From: an uncultured Planctomycetales bacterium
GTDB lineage: Bacteria; Omnitrophota; Gorgyraeia; Zapsychrales; Fredricksoniimonadaceae
Assembly: GCA_964583975.1 (NCBI GenBank)
Contig: CAZOXU010000001.1
Location: 291,552 to 355,551, forward strand
Length of the DNA: 64,000 bases
Direction: 5' to 3'
The translations under genes were made by a program, and so were the position numbers. The notes beneath the pieces were generated by a model that saw only the letters and a list, made by a program, of their open reading frames with translations, was not told the DNA's origin and did no database searches. Shown one piece after another: positions 1 through 8,796 of this stretch. Position 1 is the stretch's first letter, and each line of letters opens with the position of its first letter.

Positions 1-1398
1 CAAATTAAATACAGCTTTGAGTGCACCAGCAAAAGCCCAGGCCAAAGGCGAACAGACCAAACCCACCCCGACCAAACCCAAACTCAAAATAATAACCAAG
101 TCTGCTAATGGCACAACAGGTATATTAGCAACGATAGATACGAGCGAAACAATTTCAAATTGATAAGCAATCAAGGGCGTTATGCCAATCCAGGCGATCA
201 GCGAGATGCTTAAGGCCTGAGCTATAAATTTTAAGAACCTAGGCTTAAAGTGCCGCTCAACCATCCCATTAACCAATGGCAAAAACGAAACAATGGACAG
301 CACGCATAGAAACGAAAGTTGAAAACCTATATCATAAAGACTTAAAGGGTTAATCAAGAGAATGATCAAGGCTGCAAGTCCAAGCGTATTAAGCGACTCT
401 CCCTCATATTCCAGACAAAATGAAGATAGAACAACACAGGCCATCAACACAGAACGCACCACCGAAGCAGACCAGCCACAGATGAAACAATAAAGCACCA
501 GAAAGACAGCTGTTAGAATGAATTGTCCCCTACGTGGCACACAAAGCACTTTTAAGGCAAACATCATCATGGCCCCAATGATCGCCATATTCATTCCGCT
601 GATCGCTAAAATATGCGATGTGCCGGTTTGACTAAAAAGCGCATACATGTCTTTGCTTAAAACTGAGCGATCACCTAAGGTCATCGCCTGAATCATACTG
701 ACTTCCTGTGGCTCTAAATAATACTCGAGAACTTGCTTAAATCGATGTTTGACCACTAAAGCAAGATGACCCCACCATGGCCCCTGATGGTGCGATAAGA
801 TTTCCAAAGATTTCTTCTTACCCACACTTAAAATGAAGAATAAACCATGGTCTTCCAAGTATTGTTGATATACAAACCTTTCTCCAGGATTACTTTTGGG
901 ACGAAATAAAGAGCCCTCAATCTTTATTCTGTCTCCATAATCAAGCTTCTGTGTCTTAAAACAATTCACCAATATGCTGCCTGTATTCGGCTGCCAGAGA
1001 TTTTCTAAAGCAAGACTCTCAATCTTTAATTCAAAAACCTGCTTGGTGCCATAAGCGGTTGCTTTAAGCTGAATATCTGAGTCAATAACTCCCTCGATCG
1101 CAGTCAGCTTCTTCTGGTCTTGATACGAAAGAAAAGCCACGTGATTTTCAGGCAGAATATAAACATTTTGATAATACAACGCCCCTAAACAAACTACCGA
1201 TAAATATAAAGGTACGATAAATAATCGAATTCTAAATAAACTTAAAGCAATGAAGGTTCCGCAAAGAACGCTCCACCAACCCCAAGTTAAAAATCCCAGA
1301 CGACCCAAGAATATACCCAGCGCAAGTGCCACACTCAAATCAAAACAAGGTCGATGGGTGCGTCGATCAAATTTTAAGATATCGGGTAATTTTCTCAT
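1..1398 (-). CDS. comEC: ComEC/Rec2-family competence membrane protein, N-terminal ~466 aa; C-terminus lies beyond the window start
   Basis: Manual minus-strand translation from the ATG at 1398 (MRKLPDILKFDRR...) stays open to position 1. It is polytopic and hydrophobic, with a competence-domain-like ILAISGMNMAII motif. It lies directly downstream of comEA, matching the conserved comEA-comEC order. Not in the ORF track because no stop codon falls inside the window. Confidence 0.6.
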   Translation of the reverse strand, partial: MRKLPDILKFDRRTHRPCFDLSVALALGIFLGRLGFLTWGWWSVLCGTFIALSLFRIRLFIVPLYLSVVCLGALYYQNVYILPENHVAFLSYQDQKKLTAIEGVIDSDIQLKATAYGTKQVFELKIESLALENLWQPNTGSILVNCFKTQKLDYGDRIKIEGSLFRPKSNPGERFVYQQYLEDHGLFFILSVGKKKSLEILSHHQGPWWGHLALVVKHRFKQVLEYYLEPQEVSMIQAMTLGDRSVLSKDMYALFSQTGTSHILAISGMNMAIIGAMMMFALKVLCVPRRGQFILTAVFLVLYCFICGWSASVVRSVLMACVVLSSFCLEYEGESLNTLGLAALIILLINPLSLYDIGFQLSFLCVLSIVSFLPLVNGMVERHFKPRFLKFIAQALSISLIAWIGITPLIAYQFEIVSLVSIVANIPVVPLADLVIILSLGLVGVGLVCSPLAWAFAGALKAVFNL

Positions 1399-1702
1399 AA
1401 CGTTGTGGACTCATTCCTCTGGCTTGATATAACGGTTCTAAATTCTTAAACTCACCTTGAGAATGCCGATAGCTGACAATAAATTGGGCGGTCTTAGGGC
1501 CAATCCCAGGAATCTTTAAAAGATCTTCGACTGAGGCTTTATTGATATTGATCTGATTAATCGGGGCACTTTTCTGAGCCGTATGTAACCAATTAAAAAC
1601 ACGCATATTCTTTTGCAGGCCAATATTAATCAAGGTCCCTGAAAAAATAATCACACACAGACCGAGCACAACAGCTCTTTCTTGAGGAGTCAGGTGAATC
1701 AC
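1367..1702 (-). CDS. comEA: ComEA-like helix-hairpin-helix DNA-binding competence protein (GTG start)
   Basis: N-terminal TM helix followed by a C-terminal (HhH)2 signature: ASVEDLLKIPGIGPKTAQFIV...LYQARGMSPQRYEKI. Confidence 0.75.
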   Translation of the reverse strand: MIHLTPQERAVVLGLCVIIFSGTLINIGLQKNMRVFNWLHTAQKSAPINQININKASVEDLLKIPGIGPKTAQFIVSYRHSQGEFKNLEPLYQARGMSPQRYEKITRYLKI

Positions 1703-1730
1703 TCGCTATTTCTTTCTTAGGGGGATATTT

Positions 1731-1797
1731 GTCATTCCCGAATGCTTTAATCGGGAATCTAGTGCCTGGATCCCCGATTAAAACTTTCGGGGATGAC
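1731..1797. repeat. Family I palindromic element, copy 1 (67 bp): GTCATTCCCGAATG...CTTTCGGGGATGAC
   Basis: Terminal inverted repeats GTCATYCCCGAA / TTCGGGGATGAC. Each arm has its own hairpin (ATTCCCGA..TCGGGAAT; ATCCCCGA..TCGGGGAT). Intergenic between comEA and the CDF gene. Confidence 0.85.
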
Positions 1798-1825
1798 ACA
1801 TGATTTTAATGCCCAGGGGGAGGGC

Positions 1826-2719
1826 TTAATTTTGATCAGGTTCAATATGAACCAAAACATCAGCGATGGATAGCGGGGATGCTATCAGGGCATCTTTAAC
1901 CTTATGCCCAATATCGTGGGCCTGACGCACAGGCATATTACCATCAACTAGCACATGGATATCAACAAATAATTGCTGACCGCTTTTACGCACGCGACAT
2001 TTTTCAATTGCAAATACACCAGACACTTGAGAAGCGATTCTACGAACAGAAGCCTCTATTTGTTCTCCAGGAGAATGGTCCATAATCTCAGCAACCGCAT
2101 GTTTAAAAAGAATAATGCCATTAAAAACAATAATGCAGCTGGCTACAATCGCTGCCCAATTATCTGCACTTTCATACCCTTTGCCGCCAACCAAAGTGAT
2201 TGAAATTCCTATAAAAGCCGCCACAGAAGTTAAAGCATCGGATCGGTGATGCCATGCATCCGTCTTAACGGAGATGCTGCGAACATCTTCAGCCACAGAA
2301 AAAAGAAATCGGAACAAAAACTCTTTAATGATTACAACGATAATGAGCACAATTAAGGTGAAGGCTGCAGGCGCGTGATGGGGATTTTTAAGTCCTTTGA
2401 TACTCTCGATTGCAATCTCCACTCCCACGCCCAAAAGCACCAAAGATACAAACATTGCGGCCAAGGATTCAGCCTTGCCATGACCATAAGGATGGTTCTT
2501 ATCAGCAGGCAAAGAACCAATCTTAATCCCTCCCCAGACAATCACAGAAGAAATGATATCCATAATCGACTCAATCCCATCAGCGATTAGGGCGTAAGAA
2601 TTACCTACAATCCCCGTCACGGTTTTGACGATAGCTAAAACTACATTACAAACCAAACCTATCGAAACACCATGTAAGCTTTTAGAGAAATGATCTTTAG
2701 AATTTGAAACGCTTGTCAT
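1826..2719 (-). CDS. Cation diffusion facilitator (CDF) family divalent-cation efflux transporter
   Basis: Six-TM N-terminal domain with the HPYGHGKAE motif, plus a C-terminal cytoplasmic domain, resembling FieF/CzcD. Confidence 0.85.
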   Translation of the reverse strand: MTSVSNSKDHFSKSLHGVSIGLVCNVVLAIVKTVTGIVGNSYALIADGIESIMDIISSVIVWGGIKIGSLPADKNHPYGHGKAESLAAMFVSLVLLGVGVEIAIESIKGLKNPHHAPAAFTLIVLIIVVIIKEFLFRFLFSVAEDVRSISVKTDAWHHRSDALTSVAAFIGISITLVGGKGYESADNWAAIVASCIIVFNGIILFKHAVAEIMDHSPGEQIEASVRRIASQVSGVFAIEKCRVRKSGQQLFVDIHVLVDGNMPVRQAHDIGHKVKDALIASPLSIADVLVHIEPDQN

Positions 2720-2722
2720 AAG

Positions 2723-4312
2723 TTAAAATAGTTTTAATTGTTGCTTTTCTGCTTCCTTACTCTTGGATAGTTTGCGGCGTAATTTGGAATTTTCGTAAGC
2801 TTTTAAATCTTCTTCGATATCAGCCAAGAATAACGATGGCGGATTAAAATAAGTTTGTCCGAAAATTTGCCGGCGGCCAGCACGTGTGAGAAATAAATGC
2901 TCCTTGGCTCTTGTCATTCCAACATAGAAAAGCCGACGTTCTTCCTGAGCGTCTCCTTTAAGTTCATGGATATCTAACGGCAGCAGTCTAGCTTCACATC
3001 CGATCATAAAAACAACCGGAAATTCCAAACCCTTAGCCGCATGTAAGGTTAAAAGAGAGACTCGCTCGACCTTGTAATCCAAAGTTTCTTCAAAACAATC
3101 TAATATTTGTTCATCGATTTGTTCCTGCGGTAGGGGCAGGGTTTCCCTGCCCTTATTAGGGTCGGGCGACCCGACCCCTACAGTACGTTTAGCTGAAACC
3201 GAATAAGGAATTCCTAAATGATCAAGCGCTTCGATAATCACATTTTTCTGGGCATTGAGGCGATAGAGAATGGCGATATCGCCAAAACTTCTCTGAGCTC
3301 CCCGATAAGATTCAACCCGATGTGAATCTTGTGAAAACATGCTTACCCCACCGATTAACTGTTCGATCTGGTGCGCCACATACTCTGCCTCGGCGCGGTC
3401 AGTGGCTGCTTCATGGATCACCAATCTACCTTCATCATAAATCTTAGCTACTGCCTCTGGGACCTTTTGTGTGTTTTCCTTAGCAATCACCTGCGAGCTT
3501 GCGGTTAACAAATTAACGGTCGAACGATAATTCTCTGTCAGATAAAGCTTAGCTGCACCAGCAAAATCTTCTTCAAATCGATTAAAGAATCTCACCTGAC
3601 TACCGCGGAATGAATAGATACTTTGATTAGGATCACCAATTACGGTTAATATCGCCCCCTGCTGGATCAAAACCTTCAACAAGGCCACTTGGATCAAATT
3701 GATATCCTGGTATTCATCGACAAAAATATAGCGATAGCGCTGCTGGACTTGCGCGAGCACCTCTTCATTTTCCAATAACATCAAGGCCTCACGTAGGATA
3801 TCATCAAAATCAATTAGGCCCTTGGCTCGTAACAAACGGTGATATTTCTGAAAATCTGCGCTGGCATCAATGACCAATTGGGTCGATTTCGCCCAAGATA
3901 TTTCATCGAGCGCCTTTTTACGTTCAAGGGGATTTTTATCAGGAAACATCTCAGACAAGAAACCTTGGATATCTTGAGGCAACGCGATCTGGAAGTCTTG
4001 AGGCAACGGCGTATGCTGGCTAAACTCACGCAGTAAGCTTAAAGCAAATCGATGAAATGTCCCCACTGTGATGTGCCGAAAAAAACGAGCATCCTTAGCC
4101 TCTAAACGAGTGCGCATTTCATGAGCGGCTTTATTAGTAAATGTAATGGCCAGAATCTTTTCGTCTGGTTTTAAATTGTTGAGGGTGCGAAGGATTCGGT
4201 AGGTGATCGTATGAGTTTTGCCAGTTCCTGGACCAGCTACAATCAGAAGATGTGAACCCTCATGAGCAACAGCCTGCCATTGTGCATCATTAAGATCTTC
4301 GGGTCTATTCAT
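2723..4312 (-). CDS. UvrD/PcrA-family superfamily-1 DNA helicase (short, 529 aa)
   Basis: Motifs: I GPGTGKT, Ia TFTNKAAHEM, II VDEYQD, III GDPNQSIYSFRG, IV LTENYRS, V LHAAKGLEFPVV, VI YVGMTRAKE. Carries an in-frame palindromic-element insertion at 3130-3181. Confidence 0.85.
   Translation of the reverse strand: MNRPEDLNDAQWQAVAHEGSHLLIVAGPGTGKTHTITYRILRTLNNLKPDEKILAITFTNKAAHEMRTRLEAKDARFFRHITVGTFHRFALSLLREFSQHTPLPQDFQIALPQDIQGFLSEMFPDKNPLERKKALDEISWAKSTQLVIDASADFQKYHRLLRAKGLIDFDDILREALMLLENEEVLAQVQQRYRYIFVDEYQDINLIQVALLKVLIQQGAILTVIGDPNQSIYSFRGSQVRFFNRFEEDFAGAAKLYLTENYRSTVNLLTASSQVIAKENTQKVPEAVAKIYDEGRLVIHEAATDRAEAEYVAHQIEQLIGGVSMFSQDSHRVESYRGAQRSFGDIAILYRLNAQKNVIIEALDHLGIPYSVSAKRTVGVGSPDPNKGRETLPLPQEQIDEQILDCFEETLDYKVERVSLLTLHAAKGLEFPVVFMIGCEARLLPLDIHELKGDAQEERRLFYVGMTRAKEHLFLTRAGRRQIFGQTYFNPPSLFLADIEEDLKAYENSKLRRKLSKSKEAEKQQLKLF
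3130..3181. repeat. Family II nested-palindrome element, divergent copy (52 bp), inserted in-frame in the helicase gene
   Basis: GTAGGGG-CAGGGtttCCCTGCC-cttatta-GGGTCGGgcgaCCGACCC-CTAC. Outer IR GTAGGGG/CCCCTAC plus two internal hairpins. Encodes VGVGSPDPNKGRETLPL. Confidence 0.8.
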
Positions 4313-4315
4313 AAC

Positions 4316-5620
4316 TTAAAATAACGCTAATTGTTTTTCGATTTGGTCACGCTCACCATCTTTGAAAATCTCAACCGTGCCAAACTCTCCGTCATATCCT
4401 GCCGCGATTTTAATATCCCCTTTGCGCATTCGGTTGATACCTTCGGCAATCACTTCGCCTGCCAAGCGGCTAATCTGGTCAATCGGAGCATCGATTAAGA
4501 TGTAAAATTCATTTCCTAAGGAGCCTAACATTTTCATATAAGCTTCCTGTACAGCTTTACTGGCAGGCCCGACACCCTTGGCTTTGGCAATGATTTCTGG
4601 CAGAGGAACAATGTTCCAATAGGGACGATGACGTGGGCCTTTTTGTCCCTCGGGTCTATCCGCCAATTCCTCAACGCGGGCCATGACCCCGACAGTCACA
4701 GGTTTACCACAGCCTGAGCAGAGTCCTTTATTCTCAATCGTCTCTTTAGGATGCCAACGCACATGACACAGGCGATGGCCATCGTAATGGTACTTGCCTT
4801 CTTCAGGGAAAAACTCAATAGTACCTACCAATCCTCGATCTTTCTCTTCAGATAAAGCGCGGTAAATGGCCGAATAAGAAAAATCGGTATTAAAAATATT
4901 GGCTTCACGCCCTAACTTGGAAGGTGAATGCGCATCAGAGTTTGAGACTAAGATAAAAGGATCAAGTTGCTTTAAACGCCAATTCATAAGAGGATCGGAA
5001 GACAATCCTGTTTCAACCGCAAAGACATGCCGGGTTAAATCAGCAAAGCAATCTTCCATGCGATCAAATCCGCCCATTGAACCCAAAGCTGAAAACCATG
5101 GCGTCCAAATATGTGCCGGCACAAAAATATTCCTAGGGTCTGCTTCGAGGGTGATTTCCAAAAGATCACGGGAATCAAGCCCAAGAATTGGTCGGCCATC
5201 AGACTTTATATTACCAATGCTTCCAAGTTTTGCCTGGATCTTCTTAGCTGACTCGATCGATGGAACCCAGATCAAATTATGGACCTTACGCACACGATCC
5301 AAGCGTTTATAGATGTTAGAAATTTCAACGGTGAGCATGAAACGCACCGGCATACGACAAGCCGCAGGAAGCATCTTATCCATCTCTTTTGCATACTGAT
5401 CTTTAAGCTTATAAAAGCCTTCCTCAGCAGGCTCGAGTTTGTCTTCAATCTCTTTAAGCCATGCTGGGTGAACGAAATCCCCTGTACCAACTAAGTGAAT
5501 CCCCTTATATTGGGCCCAAAGGTAGAGATTTTCTAGATCAAGATTCTTGGCGGTGGCTCGAGAGTATTTGGAATGAATGTGCAGATCTGCGTAAAACTTC
5601 ATGCGGTCAGTATATCCCAA
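4316..5620 (-). CDS. PHP-domain nuclease with C-terminal Cys4 zinc ribbon, endonuclease Q (EndoQ)-like
   Basis: N-terminal DLHIHSKYSRA PHP metal-binding motif, HxxWxPW-like core, and CHVRWHP...CSGCGKP zinc ribbon; ~430 aa as for EndoQ-family proteins. Only 3 bp upstream of the helicase gene. Confidence 0.6.
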   Translation of the reverse strand: MGYTDRMKFYADLHIHSKYSRATAKNLDLENLYLWAQYKGIHLVGTGDFVHPAWLKEIEDKLEPAEEGFYKLKDQYAKEMDKMLPAACRMPVRFMLTVEISNIYKRLDRVRKVHNLIWVPSIESAKKIQAKLGSIGNIKSDGRPILGLDSRDLLEITLEADPRNIFVPAHIWTPWFSALGSMGGFDRMEDCFADLTRHVFAVETGLSSDPLMNWRLKQLDPFILVSNSDAHSPSKLGREANIFNTDFSYSAIYRALSEEKDRGLVGTIEFFPEEGKYHYDGHRLCHVRWHPKETIENKGLCSGCGKPVTVGVMARVEELADRPEGQKGPRHRPYWNIVPLPEIIAKAKGVGPASKAVQEAYMKMLGSLGNEFYILIDAPIDQISRLAGEVIAEGINRMRKGDIKIAAGYDGEFGTVEIFKDGERDQIEKQLALF

Positions 5621-5700
5621 GGGTTATAACGCGTCAACTGTCCGGAATTACCGGATAGTTGGATTATGCAAAGAATGCATATTGCTTTTCTGTACGGGGA

Positions 5701-8196
5701 TTAAATGACAATACTAACAAGCTTCTTGGGGACGACAATAATTTTCTTGATAGTAGCCCCTTCGAGATAGCGGGCCACATTGGCATCTGCCAGGCAGAGT
5801 TTTTTCAGATCTTCATCAGAGGTGCAAACCGATGTCGTAAACTGACCACGAACCTTACCATTGATTTGAACGGCATAGGTGACTTCATCTTGCACCAGGG
5901 CTCGCTCATCAAAGGCGGGCCAGGCGACCTTACTGACGGTCTGATCTTTTTTGCCCATCATCTGCCAAAGCTCTTCGCACAAATGCGGCGTAAATGGGGT
6001 TAACAATAAGACGAGGGTTTCAATGGCTTGATTCAACGTAACCGTTGATTCTTGCTTATACTTATCAACGGCATTTGCCAAGATCATAGCCTGACTAATG
6101 GCTGTATTAAATTTATAACCTTCTTCAAAAGCTTGGGTAATCTGTCGGATAGCTAGATGACGGGCACGCTCTAAGGTTTGATCTGCTCCCTGCTCGGTGG
6201 TTTCTTTCGCATAACGTTTCTCAACCATCAAGTAAACACGGTTTAAAAATCGCCAGGCCCCCTCTAAACCATCACTATTCCATTCGAGCTGATCTTCTGG
6301 CGGAGCAGCAAAAAGAATAAATAAACGTAAAGTATCTGCACCATATCTATTTAAAACTTCATCCGGATCAACTGTGTTGCCCCGAGATTTAGACATCACT
6401 TCTCCATCTTTAAGCACCATCCCCTGGGTTAAAAGACGGACAAACGGTTCATTTAAATCAGTTAGTCCTAAATCTTTGAAGAATTTAGTAAAAAAACGAG
6501 AGTACAACAAATGTAATATAGCATGCTCGATACCACCGATGTATTGATCGACCGCCATCCAATATTTGGCTTCATCCTTATTAAAGACTTCTTGGTTGTT
6601 ATCTGCAGAACAAAACCGTAAGAAATACCAGGAAGAATCAAAGAAGGTGGCCATGGTATCGGTTTCACGGCGGGCTGCTTTAGAACATTTAGGGCACTTC
6701 ACATTAACGAAATCTTCTACACGATTTAAAGGAGAGCCTCCCTGCCCCGTGATTTCCACATTCTTAGGTAATGCTACAGGCAATTGCGCATAAGGAACAG
6801 GAACCACACCGCAAGCCTCGCAATAAATCATGGGAATCGGCGTTCCCCAGTAACGCTGGCGGGAAATCAGCCAATCACGCAAGCGCCAATGAATGGTTGT
6901 TTTACCCATGCGTTCTTGAGCCATCCATTCAGCAATTTTCTTCTTAGCTTCTTCATTATTAAGACCATCAAATTGCTTCGAATTAACCAAAACACCCGCA
7001 TCTTCATAAGCCTTGGTCATATCTTTTAATTCAAAAACCTCTTTAGGGTTTTGAATAACAATTTTCATGGCAAGCTTATGGTTGGTAGCGAATTCAAAAT
7101 CGCGCTGGTCATGGGTGGGTACCGCCATAATGGCGCCAGTCCCATACTCCATCAATACATAGTCCCCAATATAAACCGGAATAGAATCACCATTAACAGG
7201 ATTGATGGCATAACGGCCTGTAAACACGCCTTCCTTACGCTGATCGCCTGACATACGAAGGCTTTTACTTTTATTGGCTGTCTTCTCAATAAAGGTCCCA
7301 ATTTCTTTTTCTTGAGGAGTGCCAGCGACAAGTTTTTTAACCAAAGGATGTTCTGGAGCCAGGACCACATAGGTAGCCCCAAAAATGGTGTCGGGACGGG
7401 TAGTGAAAACCGGAATAATTTCGTCCGTAGGGGCAGGCCCCTGTGCCTGCCCTTCTTGAGGGCGACCACGGGGGGTCGCCCCTACAATTTTAAAATAAAT
7501 CTCTACCCCAAAACTCTTACCAATCCAATTCTCCTGCATAGCTCGCACACGTGAAGGCCAATGCTCGAGCTGCTTTAAGTCTTCCAGTAAGGTTTCAGCG
7601 TAATGAGTAATCTTTAGATACCACTGATCTAAGTCTTTTTGTTCGACATTGTTTTTGCAGCGCCAGCAAGCGCCATCGATAACTTCTTCGTTGGCTAAGG
7701 TTGTCTGACAGCTAGGACACCAATTGACGGAAGAAGCTTTCTTATAGGCAAGCCCACGTTCATACATCTTTAAAAAGATCCACTGATTCCATCGGTAGTA
7801 GTCACTGTCGCAAGTGGCAATTTCACGGTCCCAGTCATAGGCAAAGCCCATTTTCTTGAGTTCTTCTCTCATCTGGTCGATACATTGGTAGGTCCACTGA
7901 CCTGGGTCGGTCTTATGTTTGATAGCCGCATTCTCAGCAGGCTGACCAAAGGCATCGTAGCCCATGGGGTGAAGCACATTAAACCCTTGCATCATTTTGT
8001 AACGGGCCATCACATCGCCGATGGTATAGTTACGCACATGGCCCATATGAATCTTGCCCGAAGGATAGGGAAACATTTCTAAGACATAATACTTCTTCTT
8101 AGAAGCATCCGCTTCGACTTTAAAAGTCTTGCGCTGTTCCCAGAAACGTTGCCATTTTGATTCAATGGATTTGATGTCGTTGGTGGTATAAGGCAT
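5701..8196 (-). CDS. leuS: Leucyl-tRNA synthetase
   Basis: HMGH (PSGKIHMGHVRNY) and KMSKS (VMSKSRGN) class-I motifs; TTRPDT editing-domain motif; bacterial LeuS length. Contains a 59-bp element insertion. Confidence 0.95.
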   Translation of the reverse strand: MPYTTNDIKSIESKWQRFWEQRKTFKVEADASKKKYYVLEMFPYPSGKIHMGHVRNYTIGDVMARYKMMQGFNVLHPMGYDAFGQPAENAAIKHKTDPGQWTYQCIDQMREELKKMGFAYDWDREIATCDSDYYRWNQWIFLKMYERGLAYKKASSVNWCPSCQTTLANEEVIDGACWRCKNNVEQKDLDQWYLKITHYAETLLEDLKQLEHWPSRVRAMQENWIGKSFGVEIYFKIVGATPRGRPQEGQAQGPAPTDEIIPVFTTRPDTIFGATYVVLAPEHPLVKKLVAGTPQEKEIGTFIEKTANKSKSLRMSGDQRKEGVFTGRYAINPVNGDSIPVYIGDYVLMEYGTGAIMAVPTHDQRDFEFATNHKLAMKIVIQNPKEVFELKDMTKAYEDAGVLVNSKQFDGLNNEEAKKKIAEWMAQERMGKTTIHWRLRDWLISRQRYWGTPIPMIYCEACGVVPVPYAQLPVALPKNVEITGQGGSPLNRVEDFVNVKCPKCSKAARRETDTMATFFDSSWYFLRFCSADNNQEVFNKDEAKYWMAVDQYIGGIEHAILHLLYSRFFTKFFKDLGLTDLNEPFVRLLTQGMVLKDGEVMSKSRGNTVDPDEVLNRYGADTLRLFILFAAPPEDQLEWNSDGLEGAWRFLNRVYLMVEKRYAKETTEQGADQTLERARHLAIRQITQAFEEGYKFNTAISQAMILANAVDKYKQESTVTLNQAIETLVLLLTPFTPHLCEELWQMMGKKDQTVSKVAWPAFDERALVQDEVTYAVQINGKVRGQFTTSVCTSDEDLKKLCLADANVARYLEGATIKKIIVVPKKLVSIVI
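7427..7485. repeat. Family II nested-palindrome element, copy A (59 bp), in-frame inside leuS
   Basis: GTAGGGG-CAGGcccctgtgCCTGCC-cttcttga-GGGCGACCacgggGGGTCGCCC-CTAC. Translated as RGRPQEGQAQGPAP immediately before the TTRPDT motif. Confidence 0.9.
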
Positions 8197-8212
8197 ATGG
8201 TGATAAACAATA

Positions 8213-8239
8213 AAGGGGATCGTTTAAAACAATCCCCTT
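8213..8239 (-). terminator. Hairpin AAGGGGAT-n11-ATCCCCTT between speH stop and leuS start; possible intrinsic terminator or attenuator
   Basis: 8-bp perfect stem, 11-nt loop. On the transcribed (minus) strand it is followed by UAUUGUUUAU. Confidence 0.3.
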
Positions 8240-8265
8240 ATATTTTCTTACAATTCAAACAACTG

Positions 8266-8796
8266 TTATTTGTGTGCTAATTCTTTTTCTTTATGAGCTG
8301 AACCACAACCGCAGGCTTCACTGTAATAGCTTAAACCTCTTTCAACAAATTGTGCCTCAACTTTTTTAGGCCCAAAAAACTTACGACAAAACTCTTCTGC
8401 CTTTTTCTTATCAAAAGATCGGCAGCAATAGATGTCGACGGTAATAAAATCTTTAGGGGTCAATGTGTGAATAACAATCGAACTTTCGATGAGGGGAACC
8501 CAACCAGAAAGTCCTGCCTTATCGGGAAAACGTGTGGCATCAGAGCGAAATATCGATGGTGGCGCTTGCTTTTCCATCCCCAAGAAACCGACGATTTCAT
8601 CGAGAAAGTTGTAACAAAGCGTTAGATCATCGCAAACACCTTTCTTGCAATCGTAAAGATCCAACAACAACTCGTAGCCGAATACTCCTGGCTTGCCCAT
8701 TTTCTGCTCCTTGATGCCAGCCTCACTCTGGCGAACAGGCCTTGATGACCCGTTGGGACTGTTAATAAATGTTTCACGAAGAAACGTATTATACAA
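8266..8796 (-). CDS. speH: Pyruvoyl-dependent S-adenosylmethionine decarboxylase proenzyme (SpeH, class 1A)-like; probable true start at 8700
   Basis: LYDC and PLIESSIVIHTLTP (self-cleavage ES site, with ...VDIYCC) motifs typical of SpeH. The internal Met at 8698-8700 is preceded by AGGAG. Unusual Cys-rich C-terminal tail. Confidence 0.6.
   Translation of the reverse strand: MYNTFLRETFINSPNGSSRPVRQSEAGIKEQKMGKPGVFGYELLLDLYDCKKGVCDDLTLCYNFLDEIVGFLGMEKQAPPSIFRSDATRFPDKAGLSGWVPLIESSIVIHTLTPKDFITVDIYCCRSFDKKKAEEFCRKFFGPKKVEAQFVERGLSYYSEACGCGSAHKEKELAHK

Noticed and set aside
1250-1432. 60-aa plus-strand ORF at the comEA/comEC junction.
   Set aside because: It overlaps the comEC start and the comEA 3' end on the opposite strand. 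The basic low-complexity peptide looks like a frame artefact.
4899-5312. Antisense ORFs from the six-frame track lying inside well-supported genes (e.g. 4899-5312+, 17210-17536+, 33061-33537+, 48994-49413+, 51238-51570+, 13175-13450+).
   Set aside because: Each is fully embedded opposite a gene with strong family motifs, shows low-complexity or odd composition, and has no recognisable domain. These are typical shadow ORFs.
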